Shown here in pieces: positions 1 to 8,103 of a stretch of DNA of 59,150 nt (positions are counted from its first letter, which is position 1; each line of letters begins with the position of its first letter). The stretch spans positions 1 through 59,150 of the forward strand of contig CAZLXA010000003.1 in NCBI GenBank assembly GCA_964563715.1. The letters are read 5' to 3'. The position numbers and the translations under genes were made by a program. The notes beneath the pieces are model-generated. The model searched no databases and was not told the DNA's origin. It saw nothing but the letters and a program-made list of their open reading frames with translations. This DNA is from an uncultured Candidatus Saccharibacteria bacterium (lineage in GTDB: Bacteria > Patescibacteriota > Minisyncoccia > Phycocordibacterales > UBA9973).

Positions 1-1297
1 TTATTTCTTTGCCTAAATATTTTTGCAAAACTTCTGGAATTTTAATTGTCCCATCTTCTTGCTGGTAGTTTTCTAGAATTGCAATTAATGTTCTTTGCGC
101 AACGACAGTTGCATCATTCATATGCACTGGTTCTATTTTGCCATCACTTCTTCTGACTCTCGTGTTTAAACGACGAGCCTGAAACCCTCCAGTTGAATCC
201 GCACTATGTGTTTCCCGATATTTATTTTGCCCAGGCATCCATGTCTCAATATCGATTTGTCTTGTATCCGGAAAACCCATATCACCAGTACAAACAGCCA
301 CAGCCTGATACGGTAATTCTAATTTTTGTAATATATATTCCTGAATTGCTACGAGAAAATTTTGTTCTTGCATTGAATTTTCTGGCAAAGAAAAAACTTC
401 CATTTCTAATTTATCAAATTGGTGTAAACGAAAAATTCCACTAGTATCTTTCCCTGCCGTACCGGCTTCTCTACGAAATGCTGTTGAATACCCTGCATAA
501 CGAATTGGTAATTCACTTTCTTCAAAAATTTTATTCATGTGCATAGAACCAAGTGTATGCTCAGCGCTACCAATAAGCATTAAATCATCTTCGGGAAAAA
601 GGTAATGTTCTTCGGGTGTCATATATCGAGCCATTTTAACTTGGACAAGTGGTCGGACAAAAACTGGAGGTAAAATAGGCATGAACCTTGAAACATTTAT
701 TGATAAATTTGCTCCTTCGGCAATTTTTTTTAGTGTTTCTTCGTTCGTTAAAATATCCCAACACATTTGAATCAAAGCAAAATGCAAAAGAACTAAATCT
801 CCTTTCAGATAAGCAAATCGTGACGAAGCAACTTCACCGGCAGTTTCTGTATCAATAATTCCTAAAGCTTTTCCTAATTCAAAATGTTCCTTTGGGGTAA
901 AAGAAAAATCCTTCTTTTGGCCCCATTGACGAATGACCATATTTCCAGAATCATCCGGACCAACAGGTGTATCAACCGAAGGAATATTTGGTATTTTTAA
1001 CATTATTGCTTGCCAATTGGAAACAACATTTCTCAATTCTTCTTCTTGTTCTTTTAATTCCTCTTTAACCAAACGCATTTCTTCGATCAATTGACCTCGA
1101 GCTGCCTCAGTTAAGGTTCCACCCATTGAAACACTGACTTTATTTTGTTCAGCTCGCAAAGATTCAACTCGAGATAGAATTTCTAGTCTTTTTTCATCAA
1201 TTGCCAACAATTCATCAATATCAACAGTGGAAAACTTTTTTTGTATTCCCTCCTTAATTATCTCTTTATTTTCACGTATAAATTTAATATCTAACAT
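1..1297 (-). CDS. serS: seryl-tRNA synthetase; C-terminal end runs off the left window edge
   Basis: The minus-strand frame is open to position 2, so it has no stop in the window and is absent from the ORF track. My translation starts MLDIKFIRENKEIIKEG (ATG at 1297..1295). It contains the class II motif-2-like AFRREAGTAGKDTSGIFRLHQFDKLE. It ends TLIAILENYQQEDGTIKIPEVLQKYLGKEI. Confidence 0.9.
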   Translation of the reverse strand, partial: MLDIKFIRENKEIIKEGIQKKFSTVDIDELLAIDEKRLEILSRVESLRAEQNKVSVSMGGTLTEAARGQLIEEMRLVKEELKEQEEELRNVVSNWQAIMLKIPNIPSVDTPVGPDDSGNMVIRQWGQKKDFSFTPKEHFELGKALGIIDTETAGEVASSRFAYLKGDLVLLHFALIQMCWDILTNEETLKKIAEGANLSINVSRFMPILPPVFVRPLVQVKMARYMTPEEHYLFPEDDLMLIGSAEHTLGSMHMNKIFEESELPIRYAGYSTAFRREAGTAGKDTSGIFRLHQFDKLEMEVFSLPENSMQEQNFLVAIQEYILQKLELPYQAVAVCTGDMGFPDTRQIDIETWMPGQNKYRETHSADSTGGFQARRLNTRVRRSDGKIEPVHMNDATVVAQRTLIAILENYQQEDGTIKIPEVLQKYLGKEI

Positions 1298-1303
1298 TTT
1301 TGT

Positions 1304-1331
1304 ATTATACCGCGATATTAAGTTTTCTCAA
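1304..1331 (-). promoter_or_regulatory. candidate sigma70-type promoter of serS, only 6 nt from the ATG (leaderless or near-leaderless mRNA)
   Basis: On the minus strand: TTGAGA (1331..1326), 16 nt, TATAAT (1309..1304), ACAAAA, then ATG. No Shine-Dalgarno sequence can fit in that gap. Confidence 0.4.
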
Positions 1332-1365
1332 AACTATTACTTGCTAAATAAAAAGTGGTATAATT

Positions 1366-1374
1366 TAAAATATA
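1366..1374 (+). promoter_or_regulatory. extended -10 element TGGTATAAT upstream of the structured leader and dprA
   Basis: Exact TGnTATAAT match. TTACTT lies 16 nt upstream as a possible -35. Confidence 0.4.
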
Positions 1375-1395
1375 ATTATGTGTTTGAAATAAGTA

Positions 1396-1482
1396 GTCTT
1401 ATCAGAGGGGGGCGCGCAAGACTGACGAGTCGAGCCAGAGCAAATTTTCAACAGAAAATTATGCGGTCCCTCTGGAAAGAGC
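1396..1482 (+). ncRNA. candidate structured leader RNA (three-way junction) upstream of dprA; class unknown
   Basis: A GC-rich island in an AT-rich spacer. The closing helix pairs CAGAGGG (1403-1409) with CCCTCTG (1468-1474). One internal hairpin is GACU-GACG-AGUC (1420-1431). The other is AAUUUUC-AACA-GAAAAUU (1443-1460). Confidence 0.35.
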
Positions 1483-1512
1483 TATTTATTTCAATAACTT
1501 ATACAAAATTTT

Positions 1513-2376
1513 ATGGAAGATGTTTGCAAATTAAAATTTGAACAATTTCCGAAAGCCCTACTCGAAATTCCCCAACCACCAAAAACTCTATATATTAGAG
1601 GAAAACTTCCTGATCCTGATTTTATATATTTAGCCGTCGTTGGATCGAGAAGATACACTTCCTATGGCAAAGATATCTGTCAAAAATTAATCCGTGGATT
1701 AAAAAATTATCCTATCGTTATTGTTTCGGGTTTGGCTATTGGAATAGATAGTATTGCTCATAAGACAGCTTTGGAAGTCGGACTTCCAACAATTTCATTC
1801 CCAGGCTCGGGACTTGATAATAATGTTTTATTTCCAAAAACAAATATAAAACTAGCGCAAGAGATTGTGGATAGTGGTGGATGTCTTATTTCAGAATTCG
1901 AACCAAATTTCGTTGCTACAACTTATTCTTTCCCCCAAAGAAATAGATTAATGGCGGGAATCTCCAAAGCTGTCCTTATCATCGAAGCTGAAGAAAAATC
2001 TGGCTCATTAATAACAGCTCGAATGGCTCTTGATTATAATCGTGATGTATTGGCCGTCCCCGGCTCAGCTTTTTCATCAAATTCAAATGGAACAAATGCT
2101 CTTATTAAGCAAGGAGCAATACCAGTGACTAGTAGTGATGATGTACTTGAAGCATTAGGTTTTGAAGTCGAAAAAATAATTCAATCAGATAAAGAAAAAT
2201 ATGCCGATTGTTCTAAAGATGAATTAAAAATAATTGAATTACTTCGAGAACCAATGGAACGCGATGACTTAATAAGAGAATTAAAAATAGATACAGCCAC
2301 AGCCAATGCTCTACTTTCGATGATGGAATTGAAAGAATTAATCAAACAAGAACTCGGACAAATCAGAAAAATTTAA
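1513..2376 (+). CDS. dprA: DNA processing protein DprA/Smf
   Basis: 287 aa. DprA Rossmann-core motifs are present: VSGLAIGIDSIAHKTAL, FPQRNRLMAGIS and VPGSAFS. A C-terminal winged-helix-like tail follows. The gene sits next to topA, the common synteny. Confidence 0.9.
   Translation: MEDVCKLKFEQFPKALLEIPQPPKTLYIRGKLPDPDFIYLAVVGSRRYTSYGKDICQKLIRGLKNYPIVIVSGLAIGIDSIAHKTALEVGLPTISFPGSGLDNNVLFPKTNIKLAQEIVDSGGCLISEFEPNFVATTYSFPQRNRLMAGISKAVLIIEAEEKSGSLITARMALDYNRDVLAVPGSAFSSNSNGTNALIKQGAIPVTSSDDVLEALGFEVEKIIQSDKEKYADCSKDELKIIELLREPMERDDLIRELKIDTATANALLSMMELKELIKQELGQIRKI
1771..1789 (+). repeat. 19-nt perfect palindrome TTGGAAGTCGGACTTCCAA inside dprA (family A coding-region palindrome)
   Basis: The same 19-mer on the coding strand occurs in tatD (34673-34691) and argS (52079-52097). 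In all three genes it is translated as LEVGLP. Confidence 0.75.
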
Positions 2377-2420
2377 GATAAATAAGTTATCCACATACTA
2401 TTTACGATATTAATAAAATA

Positions 2421-2429
2421 TGGTATTAT
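2421..2429 (+). promoter_or_regulatory. extended -10 element TGGTATTAT in front of a small structured RNA
   Basis: TGnTATTAT match placed 6-7 nt before the first helix of the 2436-2493 structure. Confidence 0.35.
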
Positions 2430-2435
2430 CTAAAT

Positions 2436-2493
2436 GTGCCTGTGGGCGAAAGCCCCTTCTCGGCTAAGGATTTCCTAAGCTGAAAACAGGTAC
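2436..2493 (+). ncRNA. candidate small structured RNA (three-way junction) downstream of dprA; class unknown
   Basis: P1 pairs GUGCCUGU (2436-2443) with ACAGGUAC (2486-2493), including one G-U pair. Inside are a GNRA hairpin, GGGC-GAAA-GCCC (2444-2455), and the hairpin GCUAAGG-AUUU-CCUAAGC (2463-2480), which has one mismatch. An intrinsic terminator follows. Confidence 0.35.
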
Positions 2494-2502
2494 ATAAAAG
2501 AA

Positions 2503-2527
2503 CCCCAGATTCCTGGGATTTTTTTAT
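2503..2527. terminator. intrinsic terminator hairpin, usable in both directions
   Basis: Stem CCCAG-ATTC-CTGGG followed by ATTTTTTTAT on the plus strand. The complement also has a T-rich tail. The hairpin sits between the dprA-side transcript and the convergent ORF 2536..3003. Confidence 0.6.
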
Positions 2528-2535
2528 ATAAAATT

Positions 2536-3003
2536 TTAATCTTCATCAATTCCATCTGAATACAACCTTTTCCTATTGTCTGACATAACACTCCAAAAAA
2601 TTATTTTGCCATCACCAATTTGTCTTAAAACTACAATAACTTTACTTTTCTTTTCTGGAAAAATCGCATGAAAGCCCCAATATTGAACTTGTTTTGTTTT
2701 ATAAAAATTGTCTCTTCCTTTATTCCCAATTTTTTCAGATACTATCCTATATTCTTGTAATGTTCCCATTTTGGGAATTATTTCAATTACTTTCTTTAAT
2801 AATGTTAATTTTCTAATTTGAGCGTTCACATTTCTAGGCATACGATTAGGTTTATACTGTAGGTGATTAAATCCATCAGAATTTAATGTAATTTTTTGTT
2901 GAAAATATGGACAGTAAATTTCATTATTTTTAGAATAAATAATTTTGGCTTTTTCTAGACACTCTTTTAATTTTAAATTATCATCTAAAGTATATTCTTC
3001 CAT
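2536..3003 (-). CDS. hypothetical protein, 155 aa; no family recognised
   Basis: A long ORF with coding-like composition, in opposite orientation between dprA and topA. I recognise no motif. Confidence 0.55.
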   Translation of the reverse strand: MEEYTLDDNLKLKECLEKAKIIYSKNNEIYCPYFQQKITLNSDGFNHLQYKPNRMPRNVNAQIRKLTLLKKVIEIIPKMGTLQEYRIVSEKIGNKGRDNFYKTKQVQYWGFHAIFPEKKSKVIVVLRQIGDGKIIFWSVMSDNRKRLYSDGIDED

Positions 3004-3186
3004 CCATATATTATCTCAAATAGATTATCAAAATACAAACACATCTCAATGCCCTACTTTCAAAGATGTAATTAATGAAGAATAAGGCCAAATAAGAAAA
3101 AATTAAATAATATTTGCAAAAAAAATGATTTCATGTAATTCTTGTCTTAAGGAGCTAGCAACTAATACTAGAACCTAAAAATATTT

Positions 3187-5436
3187 ATGAAATTATTAAT
3201 TGTTGAGTCACCATCAAAAGCTAAAACTATCGAAAAATACCTGTCCGCCGACAAGGCGGGTTTAGATTCATCTTGGACTGTCCGCGCCTCTGTTGGACAC
3301 ATTCGTGATTTACCGAAATCAAATAAAGATGCTATTGATATTTTGGCTGGTTTTGTTCCTCGTTACGAAATTTCAAAAGGTAAAGAAAAAGTTGTTAATG
3401 AACTTAGGTTGCTCTCAGTTAAGGCCACAGAAATAATGTTGGCGACTGACCCGGACCGCGAAGGAGAAGCGATTTCATGGCATTTGAAAGAATTGCTCGA
3501 TGCAGATAAAAAAATTAAAGCTCCAATCAAGAGAGTTACTTTTCACGAAATAACAAAAGAAGCAGTTTTGGAGGCTCTCGATAAACCTCGAGATATTGAT
3601 AACAATTTAGTAAAAGCCCAGGAAGCCCGTCGTGTTCTCGATCGACTTGTGGGTTATGATTTATCGGGAATAATTTGGAAGAAAGTTCGCTATGGTCTCT
3701 CGGCTGGACGAGTTCAATCCCCTGCCCTTCGAATTATAATGGAACGCGAAAGAGAAATCAGGGCTTTTATTCCTGAACAATATTGGACGCTCGAAGGAAT
3801 TTTTGATACTCAAAAAAAGACCAGGCTAACGCTTTCTTGCACCGAAGAGCCTCGAGATGAAAAAGTTGTTGAAAATATATTGAAATTAGGAAAAAGTGAA
3901 AAATGGCATGTAACAGATATTAAAGAAAGTGAACAAAAAAGATCCCCTCGAGCCCCTTTTACAACTTCGACACTCCAACAAACCGCCAGTTCACGCTTGG
4001 GCTTTTCCCCATCAAGAACAATGCAAACAGCTCAAAAACTTTACGAGGCGGGACACATTACGTATATGCGTACAGATAGTACAAATTTATCGGTCGCGGC
4101 CCAAAATCAAATTCTTAAACTTGTAGAAAGTAAATACGGCAAAGAATATACAGAATTACACATTTATAAAACTAAGTCTAAAAATGCTCAAGAAGCCCAT
4201 GAAGCAATTCGTCCAACCCATATAGAACAAATTTCAGTCGGAACAACTGAAGACCAGAAAAAACTTTATAAGCTTATCTGGGAAAGAACTGTCTCATCTC
4301 AAATGTCTGATGCCAAGTTATTAAAAACAAAAATTGTCGCCAATATACAAGATGGTCAAATTCCTGATTTCACAGCCAATGGCTCTCAAGTCTTATTCTT
4401 AGGATGGCTAAAATGTGATACCGGGGCTCGGGGTGAAGATGTTGAGCTGCCTAAAATAGAAATTGGCGAAGAATTAAAATTAATCGAACTTACAAGTACA
4501 GAAAAATTTACTGAGCCACCAAATCGCTATTCTGAAGCAGGACTCATTAAAGAGCTCGAAGCCCGAGGAATTGGTCGTCCTTCAACTTATGCTTCAATAA
4601 TGAAAACTATAGAAGACAGAGGCTATGTCCGAAAAGAAGGCCGAACACTCTTCCCAACTGATACTGGTGATGTCGTCTCTTCATTCTTGGAAAATAATTT
4701 TGCTAATTATATTAGTGATACATTCACCGCTGAAATGGAAGATGAGCTTGATGATATTTCAAATGGTAAACGTGAATATGTAAAAACTTTAAGTGATTTT
4801 TATACACCCTTCCAAAAAGAGGTAAAAGAAAAAGACAAATTAGCCAAAGCGACTAATATGGGTGAAGCCCCAAGTGATATGCTTTGTCCAAAATGTCAGA
4901 GTTCGATGATAATTAAACTTTCCCGCGGTGGAAAATTTTATTCATGTTCAAAATACCCTGATTGTGACGGAGCCAGAAATATGGAAGGTAATGTTTTGGA
5001 AGGTCCTAAAGAAACTGGTGAGATGTGCCCGCTTTGTGGAGAGAAGAAGGGTAAATCAGGAGGTGGTAAATTAGTCATTAGAGAAAGACGCGATGGAACT
5101 GGAACTTTTATTTCATGTTCGCGTTATCCAAAATGTAAATTTGTAAAACAAGACGAAGAAGAAATGAAAAGAAAAATGACCGATGTCACTTGTCCTATGT
5201 GCCAAAAAGGTAAAATGATGGAGCGTCGAGGACGTTTTGGAATTTTTTATTCATGTTCTGATTACCCAGATTGTAAAAATGCCATTAAAACCAAACCAAC
5301 CGGCAATATCTGCGACCTCTGTGGTTCCCTCATGATGGAAGGTACAAAAACTATCCCAGAGCGATGTTCAAACAAAATGTGTAAAAACCACAATCCTCAT
5401 AAACATGGTGACAATATAAAGAATAATAAGATATAA
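3187..5436 (+). CDS. topA: DNA topoisomerase I with four C-terminal Cys4 zinc ribbons
   Basis: 749 aa. TOPRIM N-terminus MKLLIVESPSKAKTIEKYL and DPDREGEAISWH. Active-site Tyr region GHITYMRTDS. Four CxxC...CxxxxC zinc-ribbon modules. Confidence 0.95.
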   Translation: MKLLIVESPSKAKTIEKYLSADKAGLDSSWTVRASVGHIRDLPKSNKDAIDILAGFVPRYEISKGKEKVVNELRLLSVKATEIMLATDPDREGEAISWHLKELLDADKKIKAPIKRVTFHEITKEAVLEALDKPRDIDNNLVKAQEARRVLDRLVGYDLSGIIWKKVRYGLSAGRVQSPALRIIMEREREIRAFIPEQYWTLEGIFDTQKKTRLTLSCTEEPRDEKVVENILKLGKSEKWHVTDIKESEQKRSPRAPFTTSTLQQTASSRLGFSPSRTMQTAQKLYEAGHITYMRTDSTNLSVAAQNQILKLVESKYGKEYTELHIYKTKSKNAQEAHEAIRPTHIEQISVGTTEDQKKLYKLIWERTVSSQMSDAKLLKTKIVANIQDGQIPDFTANGSQVLFLGWLKCDTGARGEDVELPKIEIGEELKLIELTSTEKFTEPPNRYSEAGLIKELEARGIGRPSTYASIMKTIEDRGYVRKEGRTLFPTDTGDVVSSFLENNFANYISDTFTAEMEDELDDISNGKREYVKTLSDFYTPFQKEVKEKDKLAKATNMGEAPSDMLCPKCQSSMIIKLSRGGKFYSCSKYPDCDGARNMEGNVLEGPKETGEMCPLCGEKKGKSGGGKLVIRERRDGTGTFISCSRYPKCKFVKQDEEEMKRKMTDVTCPMCQKGKMMERRGRFGIFYSCSDYPDCKNAIKTKPTGNICDLCGSLMMEGTKTIPERCSNKMCKNHNPHKHGDNIKNNKI

Positions 5437-5443
5437 TATAATT

Positions 5444-6910
5444 ATGATTCCAACAGCAGAAGAAATCATATCTTTAACTTACGGCCTTAAAGAAAGAGAT
5501 AAAGCTTTAATAGAAAAAGCTTATAATTTTGCTAAACAGGCTCATGAGGGACAACTACGAAAAAGTGGTGAACCATATTTTTTACATGTGGCAACTACAG
5601 CCAAAAATCTAGCCGACCTTGATATGAGTTCTGTTGTTATTGCCGCTGGTTTACTTCACGATGTTTTAGAAGATGCAGGCGTGACAGAAGAGGAATTAAA
5701 AAAAGAATTCGGAGACGAAATAGTTGGATTAGTCGAAGGAGTAACAAAACTTGGTAAGGTTAAATATAAAGGTGTAGAAAGGAATGTTGAGAATTTAAGA
5801 AAATTTTTCATTTCAGTTGCAAAAGATTTGCGGGTTTTGGTCATCAAATTAGCCGATCGCTTACACAATATTGAAACCTTAGAGCATGTTCGGCCAGATA
5901 AACAAAAACGAATCGCCCTTGAAACTCTTGAAATTTATGCCCCCCTGGCTAATCGTTTATCGATGGGTCGATTAAAAGGTAAACTCGAGGACGCTGCATT
6001 CCGATTTGCTTTTCCGAAAGAATACGCTCAAGTTAAAGAATTACTTTTATCTAAAAAAGATGCTGAAGAAAAATATTTAATTGAAGTTAAAGATAAAATT
6101 GATCAAAAAATAAAAGAATCAAGAATTAAAGACACTAAAATAGACTACCGACAAAAACATTTATATTCTTTGTGGCGGAAACTTCAAAAATATAATATGG
6201 ATATCGGTAAAATCTATGATATTATTGCTCTCCGTATCATGGTTGATAGTGTGGCTGATTGTTATCATATCTTAGGTTTAATTCACGGTGAATGGACTCC
6301 GGTTCCTAATCGAATTAAAGATTATATTGCTTCGCCAAAAACAAACGGTTATCAAAGTTTACATACCACTATCTTTACTGGTACTGGTGGAATTGTCGAG
6401 ATTCAAATCAGGACTCATGAAATGCATGAAAAAGCCGAAAATGGTATTGCTGCTCATTTTTTCTATAAAGAGGAACATCATACCGATAAAACCATTCCAA
6501 AAGAATTCGAATGGGTTCATCAACTTCATGATTTAAACCAAAATAATGAAAACCCGGAAAAATTTTTAAAATCAATTAAAATGGATTTTTTTAGCGACCG
6601 ACTTTTCGTCTTCACTCCCAAGGGCGACATCATAGATTTACCAGAAGAATCGAGTGTTATTGACTTTGCTTATGCTATTCACACTGATGTTGGTGACCAC
6701 GCTCAAGGGGCCAAGGTTAATGGTAAAAATTCTTCACTCGGCACAAAATTAAAATCAAACGATATCGTTGAAATCCAAATAAATAAAAATGCTAAACCAT
6801 CATCAAAGTGGTTAGATTATGCGAAAACATCCTTGGCTAGAAAAAGAATTAACCTGCACTTAAAATCAAACAGTCTTTTATCAAAATTCTTATCTTTCGG
6901 TAAAAACTAA
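5444..6910 (+). CDS. rel: RelA/SpoT-homolog (p)ppGpp synthetase/hydrolase, truncated after the TGS domain
   Basis: 488 aa. HD hydrolase motif LLHDVLED. Synthetase motifs GYQSLHTTI and VEIQIRTHEMH. TGS domain FVFTPKGDIIDLPEESSVIDFAYAIHTDVG. There is no ACT/RRM tail. Confidence 0.9.
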   Translation: MIPTAEEIISLTYGLKERDKALIEKAYNFAKQAHEGQLRKSGEPYFLHVATTAKNLADLDMSSVVIAAGLLHDVLEDAGVTEEELKKEFGDEIVGLVEGVTKLGKVKYKGVERNVENLRKFFISVAKDLRVLVIKLADRLHNIETLEHVRPDKQKRIALETLEIYAPLANRLSMGRLKGKLEDAAFRFAFPKEYAQVKELLLSKKDAEEKYLIEVKDKIDQKIKESRIKDTKIDYRQKHLYSLWRKLQKYNMDIGKIYDIIALRIMVDSVADCYHILGLIHGEWTPVPNRIKDYIASPKTNGYQSLHTTIFTGTGGIVEIQIRTHEMHEKAENGIAAHFFYKEEHHTDKTIPKEFEWVHQLHDLNQNNENPEKFLKSIKMDFFSDRLFVFTPKGDIIDLPEESSVIDFAYAIHTDVGDHAQGAKVNGKNSSLGTKLKSNDIVEIQINKNAKPSSKWLDYAKTSLARKRINLHLKSNSLLSKFLSFGKN

Positions 6911-6939
6911 AAAATCACAGGTCTGACCTGTGATTTTTT
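6910..6939. terminator. bidirectional intrinsic terminator between convergent rel and parB
   Basis: AAAAA-TCACAGG-TCTGA-CCTGTGA-TTTTTT. Confidence 0.75.
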
Positions 6940-6942
6940 AGT

Positions 6943-7968
6943 TTAAAGTGAGAAATTTTTAATATTGTATAAATCAATATCCTCTTCAGCTTTTTTAACT
7001 TCTTCTTTTGTTCTATCATCAACAAGATGTGAATCACCTTCTTCAATTAGAGTTATTTCATTTGGCATCTCTGTCGTTGTTGAAATTACAACTTCTGGTT
7101 CTTGACTAGCTACATATTTATCAAGCATGGCATTTGGGTTTCCATTTTCAGTTGATTTAATTAAATTAAGAATTGTGTGAAGATCGTCATTCGTAAAGAA
7201 ATCTATCGTAATATATCCCCCATTTTCTTTTTTCTCAATGTGAACTCGTGTTCCAAGTGATTCCTGAAGTTTCTCTTCCATTTCAGCGATTTCAGGATCG
7301 GGCATATACTCTTTTTTGCGAACTTTATCAAAAGCAATTTTACGAGCGGCTTTTTCAGCATCACGAACTGTCATTTTCTTAAACATTATTTCTTTAAACA
7401 AAACCATTTGCTCTTCTGGTCGATCAATCAACATTAATATTGGCCTGGTATGACCTTCACTAATTTTACGAGTAGATAAAGCGTCTAGTATTTCTTGAGG
7501 TAAAGCAAGTAGTCTTAGAGTGTTTGAAACATATTCCCGACTTTTACCAACTTTTTTTCCAATTTGAGTATGATTAAATTTAAATTCTTCAACGAGTCGC
7601 ATAAAGGCTCGAGCTCGCTCAACAGCATTTAAATCTTCGCGTTGTAAATTTTCAATAATAGCTAATTCCAGTTTAGCCATATTGTCATCACCGACTCGAA
7701 TGATGACTGGGATTTGTTCCAAACCAGCTATTTTTGAAGCTCTCAACCGACGCTCACCCGCAATCAATTCATACTCAACTGCCACTCCATCTTCCTTTTG
7801 AATTTCTTCACGGGATACAACAAGCGGTTGAAGAACCCCATACTGACGAATTGAATCAGCTAAATCACGAAGTCGATCTTCATCAAACTCGCGACGAGGC
7901 TGAAAAGGGTTTGGTTTAATTTTTTCAATATCTACCCAAAAAATTGAATTATTATAAAGCTGTGACAT
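6943..7968 (-). CDS. parB: ParB/Spo0J-family partition protein with a long acidic C-terminal extension
   Basis: 341 aa. N-terminus NPFQPRREFDEDRLRDLADSIRQYGVLQPLVV. ParB box LIAGERRLRASKIAG. An HTH region follows. Confidence 0.9.
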   Translation of the reverse strand: MSQLYNNSIFWVDIEKIKPNPFQPRREFDEDRLRDLADSIRQYGVLQPLVVSREEIQKEDGVAVEYELIAGERRLRASKIAGLEQIPVIIRVGDDNMAKLELAIIENLQREDLNAVERARAFMRLVEEFKFNHTQIGKKVGKSREYVSNTLRLLALPQEILDALSTRKISEGHTRPILMLIDRPEEQMVLFKEIMFKKMTVRDAEKAARKIAFDKVRKKEYMPDPEIAEMEEKLQESLGTRVHIEKKENGGYITIDFFTNDDLHTILNLIKSTENGNPNAMLDKYVASQEPEVVISTTTEMPNEITLIEEGDSHLVDDRTKEEVKKAEEDIDLYNIKNFSL

Positions 7969-7985
7969 ATGTTTATTATACCTCT

Positions 7986-8012
7986 TAGTAGAATTTTCTC
8001 AAAATTCTACTA
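7986..8012. promoter_or_regulatory. perfect 12-bp inverted repeat in the parB / LAGLIDADG divergent spacer (possible operator)
   Basis: TAGTAGAATTTT-CTC-AAAATTCTACTA, starting 18 nt upstream of the parB start codon. Confidence 0.3.
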
Positions 8013-8103
8013 TAAAATAAAATTATTATTTATAATAACAATTTAATATCAGATAGTAAAGTGGTCAATTGTAATTTTTGTTTAAAATTGCTATTATTAA
8101 ATA

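Noticed and set aside
1420-1474. Hammerhead ribozyme: CUGACGA (matching CUGAnGA), a GAAA and a GUC triplet all occur in the dprA leader candidate.
   Set aside because: The helices do not fall where the hammerhead core requires. The stem next to CUGACGA consumes its C. No stem II can be formed from GUCGAGCCAGAGC. The CAGAGGG/CCCUCUG helix is 12 nt away from the core.
2436-2493. Type III hammerhead topology (open stem, hairpin, joiner, hairpin, GAAA, closing strand) in the RNA downstream of dprA.
   Set aside because: The joiner is CUUCUCG rather than CUGAnGA. The catalytic core is therefore absent and only the overall shape is similar.
3244-3260. Small GC-rich palindrome TCCGCC-GACAA-GGCGGG in topA. 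It encodes part of an apparent ~9-aa extra segment (ADKAGLDSS) in the TOPRIM N-terminus.
   Set aside because: The stem is only 5-6 bp and could easily arise by chance. It is noted as possibly related to the coding-region palindromes but is too weak to claim.
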